The position numbers and the translations under genes were made by a program. From a virus (taxonomy: Duplodnaviria > Caudoviricetes), in the IMG/VR virus record IMGVR_UViG_3300023196_000438, positions 1 to 39,693 of that record: a DNA stretch of 39,693 bases; one strand, 5' to 3'. Below the pieces are notes generated by a model. It had not been told where the DNA came from. It did not search any database and was given only the letters and a program-made list of their open reading frames with translations. Positions 1 to 9,198 of this stretch are shown here, piece after piece. Within the stretch, counting starts at the first letter, position 1, and each line of letters opens with the position of its first letter.

Positions 1-1577
1 TCAGCACCTTCGGCCACAGTCGGGCAGCTTTCAAACACGCCGTCGGTATCGTGCCAATGCCATGCGCCGATTTGCTGCTCTGGAACGTAGGTCAGACCCA
101 GCAAGTTGCCTGAGCTCGACACGAACCAGATGATCGGCTTAGGCGCTTTGCTGTAGCTCATGTCCACGATCTCGTAATCGTCAAACAAGTGGGCTGCTCG
201 CAAAGACAGATCGCCGGTGATAAATCCATTTGACTGCCACGAATAGCCCAGCTCACGCACATGGCCACCACGGGCTGCGCAGTACACCATGGCATTGTTG
301 ATGATCGATGGCTGCACGTTTGATGCGCCGATGTAGGATTGCGGCTGCACCGAGATCGAGGTTGGCGTGATGGCATCCGAGTTAATCGATGTTACTCGCC
401 ATTCCGCGGCACTGGTCAAGAGCACCAGCTGCGACAGCGGGACAATGTGCCGAATCGTATTGGCTTCACGGGCTGCGACCTTGAACGCAATGCGGTCATC
501 GTCCTTAATCGGCAGCGAATAGCTCATGTTTGACTCGGTGCCAGACTTGGTCATCCACATCTTTTGCGGATCATTGATCGTGCCGGCAAAGCTTCTACGC
601 TGCTCAAAGTAAGAAACAGCGCCCGGATAATTGTTCGAGCTGGCAAACACATTATCGTAGTTTGGTGGGCTGATCCCAAGGTCTGGCGCGATGTTGTCAT
701 CCACAATCGATGTGCCAGATGTCTGGCCAATGTAGCCATAGATGCCACCCTGCAGCTTGTAGATGTTATACAGCGACGCACCAGCCACCGATGACCACGA
801 GATAGTCACAATGCCGCCAGTCTCCAGCAGGTTGCCGCTGGCCGTGGCCGTAGTAGAGCCCACAGATTCATTGACCTCGTCAGATGCGATTGCCGTGACC
901 CGGTACGAATACGTGTATTTTGCCGTGGTATGTCCACTGGCTGTGGCGGTGACCGTGCCGGGAGGTGATATTGTCGCGCCGAATGTGATTGTGCTCAGCA
1001 CCCATTGCGTTGCGCCTTGTCGACGCAGCTCCCGCGGAGGGTAGCCCGGATGCACGATAGTCAGAACGTCAGACGATTGCACGTAATGCAGGTCGAACAG
1101 ATCGGCTTCAGCATACGGGTTCGGAATTTCGTAGGCTGTGCTTGGCAGTGGATACCAGTAGGTCGCGTTGGGCGGTGCGTTGCCAGTAGTGTTGGCAATG
1201 CAATAGTAATTCGTGCCGCTTGAGCTTACCAATGCGCCCACGGTGTATGCAGTCGCTCCATTGTATGCAGCAGGACTGCCGGCCAGCAACGTCGCGCCAT
1301 TGGTGTGAAATCTAAAATACCCTGCACCGACCTCGATTACCATAGTCTGCGTGGTCGAAAACGTGAACGGGATCAGGCGAACACGCTTTGTCGAATCCTT
1401 GACCTCGCGCACGTAGGCTGTGCCCGGTCGATTCTCTGCTGGTCCTTGTGGCGTGGCAATGAAGTTACGCATCTTTGCCGCACCGGATTGAAATTTCACA
1501 TCGTCAATTCGCCCAAACATCTCCGGCGACATCTCGCCGCCTGCAAATGACCGGGTAAGGGTGCGGACTGATGGCAT
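1..1577 (-). CDS. Tail tubular protein B / nozzle (T7 gp12-like, BPP-1-type), 5' part; runs off the left edge and continues at the right end
   Basis: Absent from the ORF track. Manual translation from ATG at 1577 (TAATG overlap with the upstream gene) gives MPSVRTLTRSFAGGEMSPEMFGRIDD...NYPGAVSYFEQR...GAWHWHDTDGVFESC, with the SFxGGExSP start and WHxHxTxG motif typical of podovirus nozzle proteins. Confidence 0.9.
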   Translation of the reverse strand, partial: MPSVRTLTRSFAGGEMSPEMFGRIDDVKFQSGAAKMRNFIATPQGPAENRPGTAYVREVKDSTKRVRLIPFTFSTTQTMVIEVGAGYFRFHTNGATLLAGSPAAYNGATAYTVGALVSSSGTNYYCIANTTGNAPPNATYWYPLPSTAYEIPNPYAEADLFDLHYVQSSDVLTIVHPGYPPRELRRQGATQWVLSTITFGATISPPGTVTATASGHTTAKYTYSYRVTAIASDEVNESVGSTTATASGNLLETGGIVTISWSSVAGASLYNIYKLQGGIYGYIGQTSGTSIVDDNIAPDLGISPPNYDNVFASSNNYPGAVSYFEQRRSFAGTINDPQKMWMTKSGTESNMSYSLPIKDDDRIAFKVAAREANTIRHIVPLSQLVLLTSAAEWRVTSINSDAITPTSISVQPQSYIGASNVQPSIINNAMVYCAARGGHVRELGYSWQSNGFITGDLSLRAAHLFDDYEIVDMSYSKAPKPIIWFVSSSGNLLGLTYVPEQQIGAWHWHDTDGVFESCPTVAEGA

Positions 1578-1963
1578 TATTGATTCTCCTCGCCGTCTTG
1601 ATAAAAGACATTCTTGCCTTCTTTAATGCGTTTTTCTGCATGATCAATTGCTTTGTCTACAATTGATTTGGGCATGTTCTTAAAAAAATCTTCTCCCTGA
1701 ATGTCGGTTGTAATCAGGTAATTAATTTCTTCTTTAGTCAGACCCGGCACCATCAATGGGATGTCCATTTCTTTACCATCGATTTCAAAACCTGCGGATA
1801 TTTCTGTCGACACTGTGCCATCAGGGCGCTCTATTGCGCCAAGATAACCCTTCATGCTTTTGATTGATCCATCAGGCCGATACATGCTGTCATCCATTTG
1901 ATCAGGCGATGAGTTTTGATTTGCGTACAAAACGTTGGCATATTTGTTCATATCAATGGCCAT
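1577..1963 (-). CDS. Hypothetical protein, probably virion-associated (128 aa)
   Basis: Clean ORF packed between adaptor and nozzle genes; function not recognised. Confidence 0.75.
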   Translation of the reverse strand: MAIDMNKYANVLYANQNSSPDQMDDSMYRPDGSIKSMKGYLGAIERPDGTVSTEISAGFEIDGKEMDIPLMVPGLTKEEINYLITTDIQGEDFFKNMPKSIVDKAIDHAEKRIKEGKNVFYQDGEENQ

Positions 1964-1965
1964 GA

Positions 1966-2646
1966 TTATCTCCCGGCTACCCAGCCAACAATATGCTCTG
2001 GCTTGCTTTCGCGTTGATCGGAGTCAGACATCTTGGCCTGCGATAAATATGCGACCATCATTTTTGTGCAACGACCCGACTCAGCAGCGCCGACTTCGCC
2101 TTTGATAATTGGGCCAGCCAACATCGATGCAAGGTGCCACGACAGAGTCAACGTGAACAGGCTAGAAAACTTTGTGGTGTCAGTCACGATTGCCGTATAT
2201 CGGCAGATCGCGTTTTCTTGATTGGTGTAGATGATGCGCGCGCCAGTCGAATCAGTTTCCACCGCAAAAGGCTGAGGAACATAATGGCCAGCGGCAACGA
2301 CTGGACTGTGAGTCTCTGAAATTCCGTAAACATTAGTGAGGCCAAATCTGCTTGAGTAATCGTCATTCGCTTCTGGTGGAATAACTGCGATGATCTTTGA
2401 TACGTTTTGCGGGTATGCGTATGCATACTCCCATTGGTCCCACGTATTGGTGAGCTGCGCTAGATAATCGCGTCTGGTCGAAAATGACCATGTGTGCATC
2501 TCCAGCAACGTGTCTCGCGCAATAGGATAAAAGCGAGCGGCCAGTTCGGCCTGCATAGACTGCTCTGGCGGGTTGATTGCGGAGACATTGGCACGGTCAC
2601 CGATATGAGAAAGCGCCAAGTTTACGATATCGACTTCGGATGCCAT
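1966..2646 (-). CDS. Tail tubular protein A / head-tail adaptor (T7 gp11-like)
   Basis: N-terminus SEVDIVNLALSHIG, HTWSF, WEYAYAYP and LSWHLASMLA fit adaptor proteins; AGGAG RBS; position after the capsid genes. Confidence 0.85.
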   Translation of the reverse strand: MASEVDIVNLALSHIGDRANVSAINPPEQSMQAELAARFYPIARDTLLEMHTWSFSTRRDYLAQLTNTWDQWEYAYAYPQNVSKIIAVIPPEANDDYSSRFGLTNVYGISETHSPVVAAGHYVPQPFAVETDSTGARIIYTNQENAICRYTAIVTDTTKFSSLFTLTLSWHLASMLAGPIIKGEVGAAESGRCTKMMVAYLSQAKMSDSDQRESKPEHIVGWVAGR

Positions 2647-2661
2647 GTGTGACTCCTATGT

Positions 2662-2690
2662 AAAAGGGGCCGTGGTTTCCCGACGGCCCC
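2662..2690 (-). terminator. Intrinsic terminator after the capsid/cement cluster
   Basis: Minus strand GGGGCCGTCGGGAAACCACGGCCCC followed by TTTT. Confidence 0.75.
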
Positions 2691-2711
2691 AGTAATTACG
2701 GCTTCGAAAGA

Positions 2712-2918
2712 TTACACCGAGCCTTCTACTTCGTTTTGCTCTTCATTTGCTTGAGACTTTTTCTCCCATTTACGCTTTGGAGATTTTGTCTGTTCATCAT
2801 CAGAGCCATCGACCAGCTGAAGATTTAAGCCGGGCTTACCATCATATTCAACTTGCTCGCCTTCCTCGCGGATGGCGTTGTTGATAAATGATTTTTGTAG
2901 AACTAGGTAGGTAGCCAT
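2712..2918 (-). CDS. Small head-region protein (68 aa)
   Basis: AAGGA RBS; directly follows the cement gene. Confidence 0.7.
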   Translation of the reverse strand: MATYLVLQKSFINNAIREEGEQVEYDGKPGLNLQLVDGSDDEQTKSPKRKWEKKSQANEEQNEVEGSV

Positions 2919-2933
2919 AGTGTTTTCCTTTTA

Positions 2934-3365
2934 TTAAACGACAGCGAAGCCCGATGCGTAGAACTTCTTACCGTCTTGAATATCCATCACAACATCAGCA
3001 GTCACTTTGCCTGCGCCATAAGTGCCAACGATGGTGTAACGAGCGCCCAGATAACGCTGACCCAAAGATGCAATTTGCGGGTTAATGCGAACGGCAGTAT
3101 TGTAGCCAGCGACCAGTGAAGCAGTAACGATTGCATCGGTGCTGCCAACAACTGTTGGGGTGCTAAGGTCAGCGGATGCAGAAGTAATGACTTCAAATTT
3201 TACAGATGTACCGCCAGTCAGAGCTGTGGTCACTGCAAAATTCATGAACAGATCTTGACCTTCGCCGATGTCACGGGCTACAGACAGATCGATTTTATCG
3301 GTAGACACAGCAGTCGTGGTGAGCGCTTGATCTTCCGAAACGCGAAGCAGTTTATCGGTAATCAT
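2934..3365 (-). CDS. Capsid cement/decoration protein (BPP-1 Bbp16-like)
   Basis: 143-aa beta-rich protein right after the capsid gene; IDL...DIGEG and QRYLGARYTIVG motifs. Confidence 0.8.
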   Translation of the reverse strand: MITDKLLRVSEDQALTTTAVSTDKIDLSVARDIGEGQDLFMNFAVTTALTGGTSVKFEVITSASADLSTPTVVGSTDAIVTASLVAGYNTAVRINPQIASLGQRYLGARYTIVGTYGAGKVTADVVMDIQDGKKFYASGFAVV

Positions 3366-3392
3366 GATTTATTTCCTTTCGATTCTGGTTGA

Positions 3393-4412
3393 TTAGGACA
3401 CTACTGCTTCGGTGTTGAGGATAGCGTCAACACGGCGCAGAGGAACGCCCAAGAACGACAGCCAGCTGTTTGGCTGACCAAACTGAGTCAAACCCTGCTC
3501 GATCTTTAGAACGTACTGCGACTTGTCCAGTGCGGCCAGAGCCAGACCAGAGTGCACAGTGCGGTTCATGTAAAAAGCAGCGCGACCCATGCTCATGTTC
3601 GGGATGCGATACAGAGCGCGAGCCATCAGCTTGATAATTGCTGTCGATACGTTTGCAGCTTGAGTACCAGTTTGAGCGATCAGGTCGGACACATCGATGT
3701 TGCAGATGCGAACGACATAGCGCCAGTCTTTAACAACCAGACCATTCTTCCACTGGTAGCGGGTAGCGTATGCCTGCAGACGTGTGCCATCCGAGTTGTA
3801 GACTGTCTGCTCGCCCAAATCCTCATGGATCAGACCAGCTTTCGAGCCTTTCGGGAATGGGCAGTACACAGTGTTGTCGCCCCACACCACGAGGTAGATC
3901 GAGGTGTTGTCAGAACTAGAGCCGCCTGCGGACAGGATGTTCTGAGCATTGCCGCCGGACAGGCTGGAGTAACGTGCGGCCAGACCGAGGAACTGCTTTG
4001 GATCGGTGCCGGGGTTGCCGTAGAACAGCGTGGTGGCTTGAGTCTGGTTCATTGCTTCGAGGAACGCGGTGTCTTCCGACAGGCGGAATTGAGCCGTGTT
4101 GCCGTTCAGCATTGCCAAGTCTTTGTCGACTTCTGAGCGAGCTTCAAGAATGCCGCAAGCCTCGTCGACCTGTGCGGTGGTCGATTTGGAGTTCGGGATA
4201 CCTTGATTCAGCGCGCGCCAGTAAACGGTTGGCAGGCCAGTACGAATAACGACACGCTCGCCGGTCGGCAGGTTGCCTTCCTTGAACATGCAGTCTTCGA
4301 GGATTTCGTTCGACTGTGACAGCAGTTCAGCGACTACTGGTACACGGCCTTCGGGGTCAATACGTTTGGCCCAGTCGGCCAGCGTGAGTGCGGTTGCAGA
4401 AAGAGTTGCCAT
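3393..4412 (-). CDS. Major capsid protein (BPP-1 Bbp17-like)
   Basis: TLADWAKR...ELLSQSNEILED...RTGLPTVYWRALNQG...GLVVKDWRYVVRICNID...FLGVPLRRVDAILNTEA; 339 aa; follows the scaffold. Confidence 0.92.
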   Translation of the reverse strand: MATLSATALTLADWAKRIDPEGRVPVVAELLSQSNEILEDCMFKEGNLPTGERVVIRTGLPTVYWRALNQGIPNSKSTTAQVDEACGILEARSEVDKDLAMLNGNTAQFRLSEDTAFLEAMNQTQATTLFYGNPGTDPKQFLGLAARYSSLSGGNAQNILSAGGSSSDNTSIYLVVWGDNTVYCPFPKGSKAGLIHEDLGEQTVYNSDGTRLQAYATRYQWKNGLVVKDWRYVVRICNIDVSDLIAQTGTQAANVSTAIIKLMARALYRIPNMSMGRAAFYMNRTVHSGLALAALDKSQYVLKIEQGLTQFGQPNSWLSFLGVPLRRVDAILNTEAVVS

Positions 4413-4424
4413 GATTTGCTCCTG

Positions 4425-5099
4425 TTAAGTTTGCTGATTGGAATAAAGTGCGGCAGCGTGGTCTGTGAAAGTCATCGGGCCTTTTGATTTCTGGCCTTTG
4501 TTTCCACCAACAAAACTGTCCTCACTGATTGCCTTGCCTGCGCGGAACATAAAGCGGATTACCTCCGGATTATTTGCCAGCCCAGACTGTTTGAGTAGCG
4601 AGCGCAGTTGGTCAGTACCAAATTGAGACAAAGCCTTTTCTGCCACTTGAAGGTTTTCTTGCAGCTTATCGCCGCCGAACTCCTTGTCTGTAACAGAGGA
4701 TTGTTTCCATTCATTTTTGACCGCCTCAATCTGCTGTAATTGCTTGCCCTCAATAACGGGTGCAATCTTGTCCAGCATCTTTTGCGCAGCATCCTGCGTC
4801 AGATTCAATTCCTTGGCCACCTCCGAATACACGTCCAGTATTCCGGCGTCGACTGTCTTGCCCTCTTCGAACTTGAAGTCGTACTTTTCAGGCGCTCCCT
4901 GTGCAGGTTTGTCGCCATCTTGGTTGCCTTCGGTATTGCCATCGCTCTGCTCTGTAGCGTTGCTTTGGTTCTGCCCGTCGGTTGCTTGCTGCCCATCCGT
5001 AGGTTGCGCACCTTCCGTCGAAGGATTGCTTCCTACGTCTTGCGATGCGGGTGCGCCGTCATTGGTCGTTGTGGCTTCCGTCATCAGCGTATCTGTCAT
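4425..5099 (-). CDS. Capsid scaffolding protein
   Basis: Acidic low-complexity N-terminus, APEKYDF, GLANNPEVIRFMFRAGKAISED, C-terminal AAALY; immediately upstream of the capsid gene. Confidence 0.85.
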   Translation of the reverse strand: MTDTLMTEATTTNDGAPASQDVGSNPSTEGAQPTDGQQATDGQNQSNATEQSDGNTEGNQDGDKPAQGAPEKYDFKFEEGKTVDAGILDVYSEVAKELNLTQDAAQKMLDKIAPVIEGKQLQQIEAVKNEWKQSSVTDKEFGGDKLQENLQVAEKALSQFGTDQLRSLLKQSGLANNPEVIRFMFRAGKAISEDSFVGGNKGQKSKGPMTFTDHAAALYSNQQT

Positions 5100-5403
5100 T
5101 TTTTTGCTCCTTAACCATTACAGAGTAAAGCTCTGGGCATTGATCGTGAATCATCGCTAGCATGCGATTGCCGAAGTTTCTGTTACCTTCTGCGAATGCC
5201 ATTTGCATCGCATTGGTGTTGAACGACAGCCGGAACACACCGGATTGATCCATGAGACGCCAAAGAATCCTGCGTCCCCGCTTTGTACCCATGAGCCACT
5301 TAATGTCCGTCTCTTCGTTTTCTTTGGCTAGCTTTTCACGGCTCACTCGCTCCGTTTTCTGCTTTTCCTGACTCCGAAGATCGGTCGGATCGTAATTGCT
5401 CAT
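5059..5403 (-). CDS. Bbp19-like head-region protein
   Basis: DIKWLMGTKRGRRILWRL...MAFAEGNRNFG pattern typical of the small gene between portal and scaffold. Confidence 0.8.
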   Translation of the reverse strand: MSNYDPTDLRSQEKQKTERVSREKLAKENEETDIKWLMGTKRGRRILWRLMDQSGVFRLSFNTNAMQMAFAEGNRNFGNRMLAMIHDQCPELYSVMVKEQKNDRYADDGSHNDQ

Positions 5404-5408
5404 TGTGT

Positions 5409-5440
5409 AATTTATCTACCTTGCCAAATCATACGGGCAC
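5409..5440 (-). promoter_or_regulatory. Putative late promoter, copy 1 (GTGCCCGTAT-N16-TAAATT)
   Basis: One of four intergenic copies with identical spacing; ATG lies 5 nt after the -10 hexamer. Confidence 0.75.
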
Positions 5441-6166
5441 TTAGTGCTCGTTTCGTATCAATATCCCTTCAATGACAGCGCCAATTTCTGCGGTTTGTTG
5501 GTTAGTTTTAACCTGCCATTGAACGTCTGTCTTCTCAAGATACTGAAACGGAACAACACGCCGGGCCTCATATCGGTCTGTAAAAGGTGCCTGCAGTACG
5601 TCAAGGCTGACACCATTAGGAAACTCGCTTTGCACACGGTATAAACAGTGGTTGCCTGACCCTCCCAAAAGATTGGAAAACATGTCAACGCGAGTCAGGT
5701 AAAACGAATACCCGGCAGGCACGGAATACAAACTCATCTGGCTGCGGCCAACGCCTACATTGATTTTTCCGTAGGTCGCGCCAGCAGCTGACAATGTAAG
5801 GTTGCCCACGGCATTGCCAGCCACAGTCACAAGGCTGTTGATGCGGAAATATGAACCGATGGTCGACACCGGCGTCGTGCCATTGAGAGTGACGATCTCA
5901 GTGATTGCCTCATACGAAGCATTAAGGCCAAAGATGCGCACAGCCACCGCAGTATCCGATGCGCTGCTGCTGACCATCTGCATGATCGTAGCTGCTGGTG
6001 GATATGTGTATACGGCGTTGTTTTCCCAAATTGGGACAAACTCCGAATTGACTGCTGGCTGATATCCGAAGATGTTGACCACCGAGTGGCCCTTGATTAG
6101 GCCGCGGGATACCTGAAGCTCAAACGGTTCTGAGCGATCATCTTCGGTCCGTGATGGGTAGAACAC
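5441..6166 (-). CDS. Hypothetical beta-rich protein, likely structural (241 aa)
   Basis: Long ORF in the head module, rich in Gly/Ser/Thr/Val; no family recognised. Confidence 0.75.
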   Translation of the reverse strand: MFYPSRTEDDRSEPFELQVSRGLIKGHSVVNIFGYQPAVNSEFVPIWENNAVYTYPPAATIMQMVSSSASDTAVAVRIFGLNASYEAITEIVTLNGTTPVSTIGSYFRINSLVTVAGNAVGNLTLSAAGATYGKINVGVGRSQMSLYSVPAGYSFYLTRVDMFSNLLGGSGNHCLYRVQSEFPNGVSLDVLQAPFTDRYEARRVVPFQYLEKTDVQWQVKTNQQTAEIGAVIEGILIRNEH

Positions 6167-6168
6167 AG

Positions 6169-6327
6169 TCAGCCTTTACTCTTTCTTTCTTTGTCGCTGG
6201 TTGGATACAGCTTCTCAGCCATAAACTCGCGGCCAACAGATTGCGGCACATCGACCTTCTTGGCGAACTCTTTGTTGTGCGCCACGGCCTGCATAAACCG
6301 CTTCTGCTTTTCTGACTTGGCCGGCAT
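6169..6327 (-). CDS. Small basic protein (52 aa)
   Basis: Below the ORF-track cutoff. MPAKSEKQKRFMQAVAHNKEFAKKVDVPQSVGREFMAEKLYPTSDKERKSKG fills the gap between 6330 and 6166 almost exactly. Confidence 0.75.
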   Translation of the reverse strand: MPAKSEKQKRFMQAVAHNKEFAKKVDVPQSVGREFMAEKLYPTSDKERKSKG

Positions 6328-6329
6328 GA

Positions 6330-6650
6330 TTAGTCGCCGTACAGCAGGGTAGCGCTGCGCTCTGCAGTCGGAGCCTTGTCGCTGGCACCGATCTCCATGT
6401 CCGTGATCTGCAGGTCCATGGTCATGTCCTTGCCGCCTTGTGTCTCATAGGCGCTAGTGCCCTTCACAAACACCTTGGCTGTGATGGTCATCTCACTGCC
6501 AACAACAGGCAGCGTGGTGATGCCAAGCTTTTCCATCTCATCCTGAGACAAATGCAGGCACAGGCCGTATGGGTACATCGGCTCTTCGTACTCGATTTCG
6601 CCGGGCATCTCTTCGCGCTCGGGCTTTTGCTTCATGCTGATCATTGCCAT
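6330..6650 (-). CDS. Small acidic head protein (possibly the 'capsid staple' family)
   Basis: YPYGLCLHL...EKLGI...LQITDM pattern directly downstream of the portal; family name recalled, not verified. Confidence 0.65.
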   Translation of the reverse strand: MAMISMKQKPEREEMPGEIEYEEPMYPYGLCLHLSQDEMEKLGITTLPVVGSEMTITAKVFVKGTSAYETQGGKDMTMDLQITDMEIGASDKAPTAERSATLLYGD

Positions 6651-6651
6651 A

Positions 6652-8373
6652 TTAAACCTCGGTTGGTGATGGTGAGTTGTAGCCGCTGAACATGTTCATC
6701 ACATCGGTCAGGGCGTTTTCAGATTGGCCGGTCTGGGCTGATGCCAAGTCCTTAGCTGTGACTGCCTGTTGCTGCATCAGTGCTGCCTGCTCTTTTGCTG
6801 CCATGGCTTGATCACGGGCCTGACGAATGATGGCCACATTCTCGTTGGCGATGATCAGCTTAGGATCGACACCCAGCATGTCGCTGTACGAGTCAACCCA
6901 CTGGTCAGCATCAAACTTGTCGAGCACGTCAGGCTTAAACTGGGCAACAGCGCCAAGGTTGCCGACCAATCGGTCAACGCTGTTGGTGCCGACTGCGCGC
7001 TGAGCCTGTGCCAACATCGAGACAAATTCTACCGACAGCTCCATGCCCTGCAGCTCTGGTGGAGGCGGTGGCAGCATGTTGAACTCGACCATGCGCTGGA
7101 ATGTCTTGTCGACCAGCGGGTCCAGCAGCTCGTTGTGCAGGCGCTCTAGCACTGGGCCCAGCATCAGAAGCTTCTCTTCATGACGCTCAGCGACCTCTGT
7201 GGCCGTCATGCGTGTGTCTGTTGCATTGGCCAGCATCATGAACAGGTCAGCATAGAACGCGCCACGCACACGCTCGCGTACATCCTGAATGTCCATCAGC
7301 AAATGCTGCAGGTTCAGGTTGACTTCAAATGCTGTCTTGATGCCGCCTTGTGGGCTGTTGGCATCGACGTAGCTTATACCGCCGGGCAGCGAGTCAACGT
7401 CACGATTCTTCATCGAGGTTGGCACCTGCAATGGCGGCTTGGTCTGGTAATCAATGGCCTGCGCTTTGCGGAGCTGCTCGTGCTGGAGCTGCTTGATGTC
7501 GCCCAGCGCTTCCATGCCGGGGCCGTTGCCGTAGATGTCGCCACCAATCGTGGACCAGCGTGGTGCCAGTGCTGGAAACTCATTGAATCCTGACTCGCGC
7601 AGGTATTGGTTCTCGTTGCCGCCGACCTCAAAGTACACCGACTTGAACGGCATGTTCTTGCTGTCGCGCTTCGTGATGTCGCGGTCACCACGCGGTTCAA
7701 TGGCGTGGATGATTGGCACCCATGCGTCCAACGTACCGCGGTCATACATGTTCTGCACCGTGGTCGAGCAGTTCTTGTATCCGAACTCACGCACCAGCTC
7801 TGACACTGTCTTCTCAAACTCGCGATAGATCGTGTCGACTGTCCCACGGTAGTCAGTCGCAATGCAGAACTCGCCGATGGTCGACGGGTAATGGTGAATG
7901 ACTGTGCGAGGATCAGACAGCAGGATCGATGCCGTGGTGCCAAATGCGCCCAGCTCTTCGTACATCTGATGCAGCGAGCGGTACGTGTTGGACTTCTGGA
8001 AGACGACTTGCATGCGCGTGGTCACATCTTCAAGCCACAGCTTTACCGGGTGGTACTGATTCAAGTCAGGATCGGCGGTCGCCAGTCTGAACCATGGCCG
8101 AGCAGGCGATGTGGCACCAGCCATCATGCCAGCGCCAAGAATGCGCAGGGCTCGTGTGCCGGTGTTGTCGTAGATGTTGTTATGCCGGCGCTGACCACGG
8201 TCACGGTCCTGAATGAAGTACCGGCCATTACGTGGCAGCAGGTAGGTTGTAATCTCTTGCCAATGTGCCCACCAAGTTGCGCGCTCGGACTTGAGCTGCC
8301 CCCAGCGGGTAAAAAGCTTATCCCGAGTCACCGACTGGGGATTTGATTGTGCATCGCTGGGATATTGACTCAT
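6652..8373 (-). CDS. Portal protein (head-to-tail connector, T7 gp8/Bbp21-like)
   Basis: TSPARPWF, YGNGPGMEALGDIKQLQ, MTATEVAERHEEKLLMLGPVLERL; start placed at ATG 8373, next to the upstream stop. Confidence 0.93.
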   Translation of the reverse strand: MSQYPSDAQSNPQSVTRDKLFTRWGQLKSERATWWAHWQEITTYLLPRNGRYFIQDRDRGQRRHNNIYDNTGTRALRILGAGMMAGATSPARPWFRLATADPDLNQYHPVKLWLEDVTTRMQVVFQKSNTYRSLHQMYEELGAFGTTASILLSDPRTVIHHYPSTIGEFCIATDYRGTVDTIYREFEKTVSELVREFGYKNCSTTVQNMYDRGTLDAWVPIIHAIEPRGDRDITKRDSKNMPFKSVYFEVGGNENQYLRESGFNEFPALAPRWSTIGGDIYGNGPGMEALGDIKQLQHEQLRKAQAIDYQTKPPLQVPTSMKNRDVDSLPGGISYVDANSPQGGIKTAFEVNLNLQHLLMDIQDVRERVRGAFYADLFMMLANATDTRMTATEVAERHEEKLLMLGPVLERLHNELLDPLVDKTFQRMVEFNMLPPPPPELQGMELSVEFVSMLAQAQRAVGTNSVDRLVGNLGAVAQFKPDVLDKFDADQWVDSYSDMLGVDPKLIIANENVAIIRQARDQAMAAKEQAALMQQQAVTAKDLASAQTGQSENALTDVMNMFSGYNSPSPTEV

Positions 8374-8374
8374 G

Positions 8375-8713
8375 TTATGCGCCGAGGAGTGTGTTCTTGC
8401 CGAGGGCCAGCTGTGTTGGATCAACGCCGGTCGGGCCAGTCAGCAGTGTACGATCAGCGCCGCCGGTGTCCTGAGCTGCAGCAAGGATCGCGCTGACATC
8501 AGCCTGCTTGCGATTGGCTGCACGGACATTTTCTTCAGCGCTTTTCTCTTGCTTTTGTGCTGTAGCAACAGCCTGTTTGTTTGCTTGATCTTGCATCTGC
8601 AGGCTTTGCTCTTGCTTTTTCTTTTGCTGCTCACCAGAATAAATCGAATAAGTTGTAGCGGCTGCACTGCTGGCTGCTGTGATCCATGCCAAGGTTGCGG
8701 CTTCGAGTCCCAT
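8375..8713 (-). CDS. Small virion protein upstream of portal (112 aa)
   Basis: Ala/Gln-rich, with TLLTGPTG and C-terminal KNTLLGA typical of this position in podoviruses. Confidence 0.75.
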   Translation of the reverse strand: MGLEAATLAWITAASSAAATTYSIYSGEQQKKKQEQSLQMQDQANKQAVATAQKQEKSAEENVRAANRKQADVSAILAAAQDTGGADRTLLTGPTGVDPTQLALGKNTLLGA

Positions 8714-8714
8714 G

Positions 8715-9155
8715 TTAAAGTCCTTTCATTACGACGATATCTGCTGGTTGATAACCGCGGCGTTCCAGCATTGCTGCCAAGCCAGTCCCCGCTCGTGTGT
8801 GCCACAAAACTTTGTTTGCGCCTCGGCGCTTTGCTTCTTCCTCCGCAGCCCTGATCAGCCTGCCTGAAGTCATCCCGTTGCGATACGGCTTTGCTACAAA
8901 CAGAGCATCATTTGATGCCACGATCACGGCTGGGTTATGCAAATGCGGTGTGATCACCATCGTGCAGTAGCCAACTATCTGCTCATCATCAAACGCTGCA
9001 ATGGCAAACATGGCATTGAAATCAACGACCCGCTGATACTGCTCTGCCGATGGGTCAAACTCAAAATCAAATCCAGTTTCATGCCAGTTGTCGCGCATCA
9101 GCTCGACGACTTTGTGCATGTAATCAACAGGCTGAACTATAGAAATTCTAACCAT
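8715..9155 (-). CDS. GNAT-family N-acetyltransferase
   Basis: Motif A-like DALFVAKPYRNGMTSGRLIRAAEEEAKRRG and C-terminal LERRGY. Confidence 0.85.
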   Translation of the reverse strand: MVRISIVQPVDYMHKVVELMRDNWHETGFDFEFDPSAEQYQRVVDFNAMFAIAAFDDEQIVGYCTMVITPHLHNPAVIVASNDALFVAKPYRNGMTSGRLIRAAEEEAKRRGANKVLWHTRAGTGLAAMLERRGYQPADIVVMKGL

Positions 9156-9161
9156 GATGGC

Positions 9162-9193
9162 AATTTATGTCTGGGGCAATGCCTTACGGGCAC
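9162..9193 (-). promoter_or_regulatory. Putative late promoter, copy 2 (GTGCCCGTAA-N16-TAAATT)
   Basis: Intergenic after the terL stop; ATG 6 nt after the -10. Confidence 0.75.
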
Positions 9194-9198
9194 CGTGA

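Noticed and set aside
158-1550. Short ORFs on both strands listed by the track
   Set aside because: All are shadows of the nozzle gene 1..1577, which the track missed because it runs off the edge.
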